Origin: an uncultured virus (IMG/VR IMGVR_UViG_3300032296_004100)
Lineage: Duplodnaviria > Heunggongvirae > Uroviricota > Caudoviricetes
Virus record (IMG/VR): IMGVR_UViG_3300032296_004100
DNA: 64,000 bases
Direction: 5' to 3' (one strand)
Made by a program: the position numbers and the translations under genes
Notes under the pieces: generated by a model
The model's input: only the letters and a program-made list of their open reading frames with translations
The model's database searches: none
What the model was told of the DNA's origin: nothing
In this document: positions 31,280-41,100 of the stretch, one piece after another
Layout: each line of letters starts with the position of its first letter
Numbering within the stretch: position 1 is the first letter of the stretch

Positions 31280-34200
31280 TTAGGTACAAGTGGGAGTAAC
31301 AGTATTAATTACATTTATGTTATTCGGTGCTGGAGTGGGTGTTATTCTTGGTGTGAATATTTGAATTGTGGTTGTAAGTCCAAGTTGTTTTGCCAAATTT
31401 ACCGCAGTAATCAAATTAAGTTGGAGTGTGGTATTTTGTGTTTGTGAGGTACCTCTCGGATATGGCCAATTCTGTAAGAAATATGTTTCTATACTTTTTT
31501 GTCTGATTTCCCCCAACGAATTTGTAACTCTATCTCTAACGAAATTAATGTAACCAAGAGCAGAATTAAACACTGCAAAAGGCATAGAGACTTCTGTGGT
31601 GTTTTCGGTTTTTATCCTTCTACAAGCGTAAGTTCTCAAGAAGTATCTGTCTGCAGTTGCCCCATAATCGTAGTTAAGAGTTATCTTACCATAGTTGTTG
31701 TTTGATGATACAAACTTATTATCAACACCTGTTGAGGCGAAAGACAGAACAAAAATTACAAACTTTATATCCGCGTCGTCGGTTGATTGATTCAATAACG
31801 AAACAAACCCTGCGGTGTTTAGTGAGGTACTAACACCAGCGATTGATTCATAACCTAAAGTATTCAAGTATGGTTCCTCAAGAACTTTAGACACACAAGA
31901 ATTTTGAGTATCAACACTTGTACGAGTATCCGTTGATAGGTTTGCGTTGTTACCTTGAGTGGTGGTTGTAGTTGTCCCCCTTGGAGTATCTTTTTGTTGT
32001 TTTACATTCTTAAGTAGTTTAGTAACCAAGTTCTTGTTAATACTCTGTAGATACCCATCAAGGACAGGCAATGTAAAAATACTTTGTCTGACACCATTAA
32101 ACTTTGTTTGGAAGGTACCTGGAGCAATGGTATGTTGAACATCTGTAATCATATAAGACCCATTAAATAGGGGTACATGTCTTAAGTTAAAATACATCGT
32201 TGGTTGAATAAGCGCATTACCAAAAGAGATGACTTCACACTCGTAACTCATATTCTTGTATATGTTATACAATGACACATTTTGAGTTGCGGTGGTCCTT
32301 CCCGCAGCACTTGCCGACATCAAATTGATTTGTTGAATTGATTCAGAAGTTGCTTTACCCCCATTTTGAGAAATACTAAATGAGTAAAATACATTTTGAT
32401 TTCTTGTTCCAATATCAACATTAAATCCTACAACCCTGTTAGATAAAGCCCAATCAGTTTTGTTTGTTTGGTCCTCGATTAAAGGATTCAACTGTGATTC
32501 TCTTAAATCAAAAGCATCACTTCTAAACATATAGTTTTTGTTTTCACTCTGCATGTCTAAGTAAGTCGAAGGTCTTTCGGTGTAGAAACAAACCAGTTTT
32601 GGTCCTGAGTTTCTGTAATCTACATTCAAGAAGGTACCCCACATACTATTTGCGAAATCGCGTCCAGGTTCTATGTTCGGTTGTGCGGTGGCAGATACTT
32701 CTTGTACATTGTAAAAATTTACATATGCCGGCATTGGCATTACCGAGAAATGGTTTTCAGTGAGTATACCACTAATAAACACAAACACGCTCATGTTGTA
32801 ATTGAGATTGTCAGGGTTTACTAATTTCTGTAAATTAAAAATATCCAAGATAATCTTATCACCCACATTTCGTGAAGCCCTATCTAAGAACAAAATGTCT
32901 TCGAACAAAGTTTGGTTTGTGAAATCTGAACCCGCAATCCATTTATCGTTGAGTGCTTTAAAAGTCTCGTATAACTCAACCTTACTTTGTTTAGAATCAA
33001 ACTTAGATTGAATTGTTCTCTCAGGGAGTTCAGTAATATTTGGTAATTCTCTTCTTACCAAAGTCAAAGTATTATTTAGTGCGGTGTTTTGAAAACTCAA
33101 ATTTACCGATAGATAATTTTGAACTGATTGTGCAAAACTTGTGCTGGTAATCGATGGGTCGTCGAGTTTCTGTGTGGCATACATCTTAATCAACGGAGCT
33201 AAGAACTCAACATTTTGTTGGGTAAAAGCAATGTTGTTGTCAACAAAGAAATCCGTTAGGTATGACCCCCCATTTGTATATTGTAATTCAGGAATCTGTG
33301 AGAACCCAACATTTTCCCTCAAAGCAATCCACGCCGAAGGATTGTCAATTTGCGACCGAATTAATGTTGTGGTACCCCCCACGGTGGGCAAAGACCCGTT
33401 GACATAGGGTTGAAACGGGATGGGGTCAACAACAATGTTATTTCCTGTGATGTATGTCAGATAAGAATCGGTTTCTCTTCTTTTGTATTGCGTTGGGTTA
33501 CCAATTCTAAGTGCAACATCAAATTCCATAAGATTTTGAATCTCACTAATCGACTTAGAGAATTGGTCATCGATAATTTTTTTGAATAGGTCTTCTTGGG
33601 AGGCAAATGTTACGGGTAGGGGAACACTCATTAGTTCTCTAAAGAGAAGTTGAAAGTTTCTATAGGATTCGTTTGTTGAGTTTCCTTGTGGGCTCACCCC
33701 CCTTGTAGATGCTGTTGATTCATCGATAATAAAGTCACCGTCTCCCACTTGTGTGTCAAAATTGAGAACTGACTGAGAAAACTTAAGATATTCCCTTTCG
33801 AATAGGTCGAGTGTCTGTTTTTCGAATGTCCCAAGTAAGTCATCTATTTTTGAGTAATTGTCAGAGACTAAAGTGCTTGTGGTGTTATTAATCAATCTAA
33901 ATGGTGCAACATCCCCCAACAACGGAATTAAGTTTATGTATGCGTCATAGTCGGGTCTTTGAATATCGGTTGTGTCCAAATATCCGTAGTTTGGCATCTT
34001 CCAAAAAGTTCTTACCGAACCATTATACAGGGAAGGGTTGTTAATTAAATCCTCGGTCAACACACCCGCTTGATTGAATGCCACCTCACGAAACTGATTT
34101 TGGTTGGTACCAAAGGAAGGAAGAACATAATAATTTGTTTTAGGTGTAGAGGGTGGGGTGTTACAAACCAACTGATTTGGATTAGAAGGTTCTACCGTAT

Positions 34201-37200
34201 CTGGGATAATCGAACTGTAGGTGTTGAGGTTTACTATTCTATCTAAACCTGTTGTATCAACTGTTGAAACAAAGATATTTGACTCCGATAGGTTTTGTAC
34301 TTTGAAACCTTGAGCTAAAGACTGATTGATTTCACTATCGCTATAGTTAGTCCAAAGGTCTACTCCATTTAGGAAGTAGTTAAAATCATTAATTGTCTTG
34401 GGGTAAAATCCAATTTGAAGTTCATCGTACTGCGTTGTACCATCAAATTCAGTCTCTTGAAGGGTGATAGTACCCACCCCATTAAGGGTGTAACTGGTGG
34501 TTGTTGAACCACTAACGGGGTCATAGTTGTTAATGTAATCAAAGTCAGTCCATATGGGACTCAAAATATCCTGTCCTGTCTGAATAAACTCCTTGTATCT
34601 GTGCCAAATGGAACCATACTTTAAAATCCAAACATATGGTAGTCGGTGTACCGCACCGAACTTCTTCATACTCGCAAATATAAAGTCAAGTGGGATTGCC
34701 GAATCCAAGGTCTTGTATCTTTCTTTAAGGGTCGCCAAGGGTAATGAATTTAGGAAAAGATATGCGGCTTGTTTGTAAGGAGCGGTTACACTGTTCTTTT
34801 GATTTTGAACACCATACTGAATAGCGTTGATAAAATATGGCGTGTTCAACATCGAAGTTGTTGTACGACCAATTGTTCCTAATTGATTTGGTACAAACCC
34901 CTCTGTCGGTAAGAGTTCCGATGCCCCTCTCCCTAAGAAAAACTCTGCCAGTCCGTCTCTCAAATTGGGGGATTCAACTTCTAAATAAGAAAAAGTTGTT
35001 ACTGGTCTAACAGAAGTCTTGTCCAAAGCATCTTCAAAGTTTGTTATCAAGTTTTTCGGACCGTATACCTTGTATGTTCTTGTGGTGTTAAACACACGAT
35101 TGTAATCACCAGTAAACAAGTAGTTGTTTAGATAAGTTGCGTTCCACAGAGTGTCTGTAAAGGGGTATGTGTCAGTTATTTGAGGTAGGTTGGTATTGGT
35201 AGTTGAGAGAAGTTGTTCAAGATACTGAATCTGTGGTAATGAAAAGTTTTGAGTTTGAACAGATGTTGATAAACTATTCATCGATAAAATCGACGAGCTG
35301 TTGTTTATCTCATCTCTCAAGTATCCTGTAATGTAAAAATCACGAACAAAATTGTTCCAATCCCTACCTGTTCCATCATTGGATATGGTAGATAGGAATT
35401 CTACATAATTGTTAGCGGTAAGTGGAAAGTTTTTTAACTTTAAAATGATATAGGGAGCACTAATCCCCAAACTCGAGACAATATTGTTGGATTCTACATT
35501 TGAAACAAGTTCTGAGACACCAGTTTCCAACGGTGTCCCAACCACTCTTGCCAATCCCGTATATCTTGGATATATGAAACTTCTCTCGTAAATCTCATAG
35601 AAGAATCTTACTTCTTCTTTGTTGAGGTACGCAAAGTTTACATACGGGAACTCAAGAGCATTGATGTTTAATACCGAAGTCACCTGCCCACTATTCTCCA
35701 AAGGAGGTTGAGTAATTGACGGTTGGAACTTCTGAGCAACCCCCTTGAGGTATTCTTCAACAAATTCAACCTCAGGCCACTTGTCGTACAGATACCCCTT
35801 TGTAAGATTTACAATCGATGGGTCACCAGGATACGCCAATTCGTACCTGTTTTTCTGTGGGTTAAAGTTCCCACCAGCAACACCGGTACCAGTAATATTA
35901 TTTTCAATAAAAACCTGTGGCCATGGGTAGACAGGTTCTTCAGAGCTTCGTGCCGCATCGGATGCGTTAGCGGCGTACTGAACATTTCTACCCGTGTCGG
36001 AATTGGGAACCGTAGTTGAATTATTAAACACAACACTTCTTCTGACAGGGTCCGTTCTAACATCCCACGACTTTCTATGAACCTCATCCATCAATCTAAT
36101 AAATGCTTCGGTGGACGCAAACATAACCGCCATCACATTTCTTACCGTAGGAACAAAACCTAATCCGTTTGTAGAGGCAATTGTCTCAGCTAGTTTTGCA
36201 CTTATTTCAGTCTCGAGATTCGAGACCTTTTTGTCCAAGTCAGCTTGCATGGTTCTAATTAAAGTATCAAACCTACCAGGCCCTTCAAAAATGAAAAAAG
36301 GTTTTTTAACCTCTTTAATACCCTGAGGAGTTATTTCTACGGTGACATTAAATTGATTCTTTAAAAGTTGTGCAAAAAAGTCCGCAGTCTGTCCTGATGT
36401 AGGATTAACTATCCCTGTCTGTTGTCTTAGTGTCCGAATAACATCGACCTGACTTGGGTCAATTGTGGCAATAAAAGTTTTTTGAGTGATAGAGTTATCA
36501 ATCTTTAAATTTTTTACCCCTCTTGTCTCACCAAAGGTTCTGTTTTCATTTAATCTCAAATTAAATGAATCAACCTCAGCCTTTAGTTCAGTTAAACCTT
36601 GTTCTCTTTCTTGGGGACCTAACTCTGTTTTAAAACCAAAAACAATTGTCTCGTCCTTTAGAACATACGGATTTGGATTGATGTATTTTGTAAACCATGA
36701 ATTTTTATCACCCCTTAACTTTTTGAAGTATTCATCCAAATATTTTCCATAAGAAGTTGCATCGGTTAAAGGTTGTAAATCCGCCTTACCCTTAAATTCA
36801 TCTAACAAATCTTGTTCGAGGTGTTGAAGTTTGTACGCCATCTCCGCAACGGTGATTTCAGGGAAATCAAGAGGAATCAACCCCTTAGCCTTATACTCCC
36901 CGTACATCTCCTTAATTTTTTGCATCCCCCTCTCAGAAACAGACTCAATACTCGTTTGAGTACTCGACACCGTCGCATCTCCCGTTAAATTACCCTCAGA
37001 CAACGCTTGGTTGATAACACTCCTATCTTGAAGACCAACATCAGTTTGTGTGATGTTAAAAGTCTTACTATACATGTGAGGTGTCGCAATCAAATGTCCT
37101 AAGGAAATTTCATTGAGGATATTGTATTTATATCCGTAAAACTGACAGGTGATTTGGTAGTTACCACTAAAGGTGTTAAACCTCGCATCGAACTTGTGAA

Positions 37201-37852
37201 GATTTAATTGATATCTAATGGCTTGTCCGTACCATCCCTTCATTGTCAGGTAAAAGGGGGGATAAGGTAAATTAAAAAACGCAGCATAAGGTGATTGGTC
37301 ACCCGATTCAAATAACGCTTTACCCTGTATGTCTTCGAGTTCTATCGTTACTTCAGGGATAAATGACATAGTGGTTCTTACTTGAATACTAGTAATACCA
37401 AGTAAACCTGGGTCTATTACTCTACCTCTGTTGTCCGTTGCAGTGAATTGTTTGTAAAACTTTTGTCCATTTTGGTCGTTACTAACAACTGTTTCATATC
37501 TCTGAAGTCTTGCCTTACCTTGATTCGAGTTTTGTCCCGTTAGGTCGTCATAGTAACCAGTATTGAGAAACTCATCATCATTCGGTTTAAGAAAGTTAAT
37601 TGATGCTATAGAAATTGTTCTAAGGTTGTCTTGGGGTGTACCTCCGATGGCAAGTTTTGTTCTTGGCAGAACTTGTGCTTCTAAGTTAGCGTACATAACT
37701 AAATTTTCGTGGTCAACAAGTCTTTCCTCAATAATGTTTTTTCCACCATTACCGATTCGTGAAGTTTTGTTGGGGTCAACTAATATTATGTTATTGTAAT
37801 CCGCCTCAACAAATATGTTTCCCGAGTTGTCCCCGAATACATTACCTGCCAT
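31280..37852 (-). CDS. Very large baseplate hub-like protein (gp27/gpD-type fold split by a large insertion)
   Basis: N-terminal LGITSIQV...PEVTIELEDIQG; late FGNALIQPTMYFNL...NGSYMITDVQHTI...FQTKFNGVR resembles gpD/hub C-termini; follows the LysM/gpX-like gene. Confidence 0.6.
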   Translation of the reverse strand: MAGNVFGDNSGNIFVEADYNNIILVDPNKTSRIGNGGKNIIEERLVDHENLVMYANLEAQVLPRTKLAIGGTPQDNLRTISIASINFLKPNDDEFLNTGYYDDLTGQNSNQGKARLQRYETVVSNDQNGQKFYKQFTATDNRGRVIDPGLLGITSIQVRTTMSFIPEVTIELEDIQGKALFESGDQSPYAAFFNLPYPPFYLTMKGWYGQAIRYQLNLHKFDARFNTFSGNYQITCQFYGYKYNILNEISLGHLIATPHMYSKTFNITQTDVGLQDRSVINQALSEGNLTGDATVSSTQTSIESVSERGMQKIKEMYGEYKAKGLIPLDFPEITVAEMAYKLQHLEQDLLDEFKGKADLQPLTDATSYGKYLDEYFKKLRGDKNSWFTKYINPNPYVLKDETIVFGFKTELGPQEREQGLTELKAEVDSFNLRLNENRTFGETRGVKNLKIDNSITQKTFIATIDPSQVDVIRTLRQQTGIVNPTSGQTADFFAQLLKNQFNVTVEITPQGIKEVKKPFFIFEGPGRFDTLIRTMQADLDKKVSNLETEISAKLAETIASTNGLGFVPTVRNVMAVMFASTEAFIRLMDEVHRKSWDVRTDPVRRSVVFNNSTTVPNSDTGRNVQYAANASDAARSSEEPVYPWPQVFIENNITGTGVAGGNFNPQKNRYELAYPGDPSIVNLTKGYLYDKWPEVEFVEEYLKGVAQKFQPSITQPPLENSGQVTSVLNINALEFPYVNFAYLNKEEVRFFYEIYERSFIYPRYTGLARVVGTPLETGVSELVSNVESNNIVSSLGISAPYIILKLKNFPLTANNYVEFLSTISNDGTGRDWNNFVRDFYITGYLRDEINNSSSILSMNSLSTSVQTQNFSLPQIQYLEQLLSTTNTNLPQITDTYPFTDTLWNATYLNNYLFTGDYNRVFNTTRTYKVYGPKNLITNFEDALDKTSVRPVTTFSYLEVESPNLRDGLAEFFLGRGASELLPTEGFVPNQLGTIGRTTTSMLNTPYFINAIQYGVQNQKNSVTAPYKQAAYLFLNSLPLATLKERYKTLDSAIPLDFIFASMKKFGAVHRLPYVWILKYGSIWHRYKEFIQTGQDILSPIWTDFDYINNYDPVSGSTTTSYTLNGVGTITLQETEFDGTTQYDELQIGFYPKTINDFNYFLNGVDLWTNYSDSEINQSLAQGFKVQNLSESNIFVSTVDTTGLDRIVNLNTYSSIIPDTVEPSNPNQLVCNTPPSTPKTNYYVLPSFGTNQNQFREVAFNQAGVLTEDLINNPSLYNGSVRTFWKMPNYGYLDTTDIQRPDYDAYINLIPLLGDVAPFRLINNTTSTLVSDNYSKIDDLLGTFEKQTLDLFEREYLKFSQSVLNFDTQVGDGDFIIDESTASTRGVSPQGNSTNESYRNFQLLFRELMSVPLPVTFASQEDLFKKIIDDQFSKSISEIQNLMEFDVALRIGNPTQYKRRETDSYLTYITGNNIVVDPIPFQPYVNGSLPTVGGTTTLIRSQIDNPSAWIALRENVGFSQIPELQYTNGGSYLTDFFVDNNIAFTQQNVEFLAPLIKMYATQKLDDPSITSTSFAQSVQNYLSVNLSFQNTALNNTLTLVRRELPNITELPERTIQSKFDSKQSKVELYETFKALNDKWIAGSDFTNQTLFEDILFLDRASRNVGDKIILDIFNLQKLVNPDNLNYNMSVFVFISGILTENHFSVMPMPAYVNFYNVQEVSATAQPNIEPGRDFANSMWGTFLNVDYRNSGPKLVCFYTERPSTYLDMQSENKNYMFRSDAFDLRESQLNPLIEDQTNKTDWALSNRVVGFNVDIGTRNQNVFYSFSISQNGGKATSESIQQINLMSASAAGRTTATQNVSLYNIYKNMSYECEVISFGNALIQPTMYFNLRHVPLFNGSYMITDVQHTIAPGTFQTKFNGVRQSIFTLPVLDGYLQSINKNLVTKLLKNVKQQKDTPRGTTTTTTQGNNANLSTDTRTSVDTQNSCVSKVLEEPYLNTLGYESIAGVSTSLNTAGFVSLLNQSTDDADIKFVIFVLSFASTGVDNKFVSSNNNYGKITLNYDYGATADRYFLRTYACRRIKTENTTEVSMPFAVFNSALGYINFVRDRVTNSLGEIRQKSIETYFLQNWPYPRGTSQTQNTTLQLNLITAVNLAKQLGLTTTIQIFTPRITPTPAPNNINVINTVTPTCT

Positions 37853-38165
37853 AATAATAGAAATAGTTTTCCACAGTCAATTTATAGTCCTGAAGAGAAG
37901 TTATTAAAGGATATGGAATATTCAAGACAGCACCATCGTATATGTTATTTTCCAATCCACCAAATTCAGGATTAGCTTGAAGAATTAACCAAGAAAAAAA
38001 TGGTGTTCCATAATACTCTTGAGATACGGTGTCCAATCTACTTCTTCCGACTTTGTAAATAAAAATTTTGTCTGAAGGTTTTGGTGCAAGTGGAACAAAC
38101 GGAACAATGGTGGTTTGTCCGTTTATTTCAAAGGGGGTATATCGATTATAATAATTAAATGCCAT
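37842..38165 (-). CDS. LysM/P2 gpX-like baseplate protein
   Basis: SRLDTVSQEYYGTPFFSWLILQANP...GAVLNIP. The MAFNYY start at 38165 overlaps the upstream stop. Confidence 0.75.
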   Translation of the reverse strand: MAFNYYNRYTPFEINGQTTIVPFVPLAPKPSDKIFIYKVGRSRLDTVSQEYYGTPFFSWLILQANPEFGGLENNIYDGAVLNIPYPLITSLQDYKLTVENYFYYYGR

Positions 38166-41100
38166 TATAATAATTGTGATTTTCCAATTATAACATTTGC
38201 ACCAACTGAAGTAGTCCAAGATGTTGTATTGGAATCAATGTTATTTTTATTACCCAAGTTTTTAATTAATTGTATTTGTTCAGCTGTTGGTTGTAAAATG
38301 GTTTCGTAGGTAAATACCCTTTCTTTGTTGAGATTGAATGGCGTAAAGTTCAAATATTCCCTCAAAGCATTTGTTTGGAAATCTGTTAAGAAGGTATTTG
38401 TTGCAGCGTTTTCTGATAGGTAAGCAGGTCTTGCAACTCCCTTCCAATAGTTATCGAATGATTGTTCGACTTGAACAAAAGTGACATTACCCAATACCCC
38501 TTGGTTATCTCTTAAATTACCGATAATAGATTCCTTGAAAGTGTTGTAACGATTTTCATCTAATATTTGTTGTGACAAAATAAAGTATTCCCTTCTATTT
38601 GCCTCACTATCCCAAAAGGTATCATCCGTAAATGGCTCAAAAACTTGCGATTTAACCGCATCTTGGTCAGGAAGGTCTGTTACGGTATATCCCGAATAAA
38701 CTTTACCACTCACATTAGCGGTGTACAGACTCTCAATTACATTATTGAATTCGGTAAGTGCCGAAGCAACCACTCCAATATCTTGAATAAGTTCTTCAAG
38801 AGTATTTGTCACCCCTGCAGAGGAAGTTGATATTGCCGATGTTCCTGAGATGTTTATGACAACGGCATTACCCTTTGTGGTTTGAAATCCGTCCATACCT
38901 AAGGTTGGGTCACTATCAAAATATGGAATTACATTCGCCCTAGAAAGTGTTTGAATATATGATGTCTGAGTATCAACTAAGTTTTGAAGAATTGTTGTTG
39001 CCCCGTTTTGGAATTCACCTCTGAAGTTAGCAACATAATCTTTGTAATTATTTTTTATTACTCTTATAGTTTTATTTGAAAATATTCTAACATCATCAAT
39101 TAAGTATTTTATAAACCCATCTTGGTCATTAGTAATATCCGAGGTAAATGACTCAAAAACACTATTAACATCACTTTCAAATTTTGATGGTTTACCAAAC
39201 AATGGTACATCATATCCAGCACCAGTTACCAACATTTCTCCATCAGTGTATCTTCTCGAAAAACTAAATTGTTGTCTGACAGCATTATTGTATTGTAAAT
39301 TCAAGTCCCTAATCTTGTTGTTAACGGTGGTAAAATAGTTTTGAGTTTGACCCACTAACAAAACCATAAAGTCTTTGTAAGCAATCGTACCTATATCACC
39401 ATTAGGGGTATTTGTGGTGGTCAAAATACGACCAATCGTTTCTAAATTACTACTCGGTTGTGTAGATTGAACTTGATTTAGTGTCGGAGGTGGTACCTTA
39501 AGATTTAGTTGTTGAATAAATTCTTGGTCTAATACTTTGTAACTATCGTCTGTTGCATCCGCCCTATCGTCGTATATTTCGGTATTTGCATAGAAATTAA
39601 ACGACAACGCATTTTGGAGTTTGTCTACCGATTCTTTTAAACCTTGACCACCAACAAATTGAAATGAAAGTGTTACATTAGCAATCATCGGTTGTACACC
39701 AATCCCTTCAGGATTTAAATCTAAATCTTCATAAGTAATCGATAAGTTTTCTGGTATAATCTTAGAGTGAAAAAAGTCACCAACTCTCAATACTAATACA
39801 GGAGGTGCTCCGAAGGCTGTGTTTACCGCATTGTTGTACTGAAGACTAGTTCCCCCTTGTTTGTCAGTTTTTACAGTTGGAATTGTATCTCCAGGTCTCA
39901 TACACTGTTGAAGGAAAGTCAATCTTGAATTGAGTCCTTCAGGTGTTATGGAGTGAAATGCTGGATGAAAGAACTTTAATTTTTCTTTTAAACTGTCATA
40001 GACCATTGGCGTTTGTTCTTTGATTACTTCAAAGTAATCACACTCAGATAATAAACTACGAAGAACTCTTTTTGTGATATTGTCTCTAAAAACAGTTTCT
40101 TCAACTACCTGTGTCACGGGTGGTTTTGGTCTTCTTTGTTCAATGATTTGTTCATCATAAAATGGAATTTCTTCAGGAACATCAATATCAGTATTAGGTG
40201 GACCTTCTTTAAATACTATTTTTGTAATTGCCGTTCTACGACAAGCCATAGCATTAACACTATAAACTTGTGAAGTTCTAGAAAGAGAATCTTGACCCGA
40301 GCAATCAAAAACCCCTTGTGATTTGCCGTCTAAACCTATTGGCGCGACATTTTTTGCCGATTCCCCTTTTGTTATTTGAGAGAAAGTTAATCTTTTGTTG
40401 TCTATGAACTTCTTCAATTGCCCAATACTCTCAATATATTTGATTGCCGAAACCATTCTTCGTTGTGAAAGGAGTTCGTTGTATGGAGGTGTTTGTGGGT
40501 TTGAGGCACTACTTTCTAGTTCCATAAAACAAGTGGCGTTCTCATCATTTTCCAAGTCTTTACTAAGTTGAATTAACATTTCTTCAATAGCACTTTTGTT
40601 ACCTTCAACAACTTGTGTAAAAAATACCGATACTTGTGTTTGTTGATTTATTTTTGAACTCTCGACGGAATATATCTCTTTGTTCGCAGAACTCGTATAA
40701 GTACCATAATAAACCTCATAATTATCTACCTCTATATTTGGTTTAGGTATGTCATTTTCAAAATACAACCCATAATTCTGAATTTTTAAATAATCAAACC
40801 CTGATGTAGTGAAACTTGATTGAGAACCCGATGGATTGTATCCTCCACCAGTAGTTCCACCTGCACTTGTATTAAAACCACCACTTTGAACACTTCTTAC
40901 ATAGTACTCCACATCCTCACCTGAAACATTTTTTGTTTCTAATCTTTGTTGAATTTCAAAAATATCGCTAGGATTAACTGTGTAATATTTTCTCGCTAGT
41001 TCATACAAATCATATTTTCTACAACCGGCAAAAAATGAATCTAATATTTCATCAGCCCTTTGACTTAAGTTCGTGTCGTTTAACACTCTATTAACCAACA

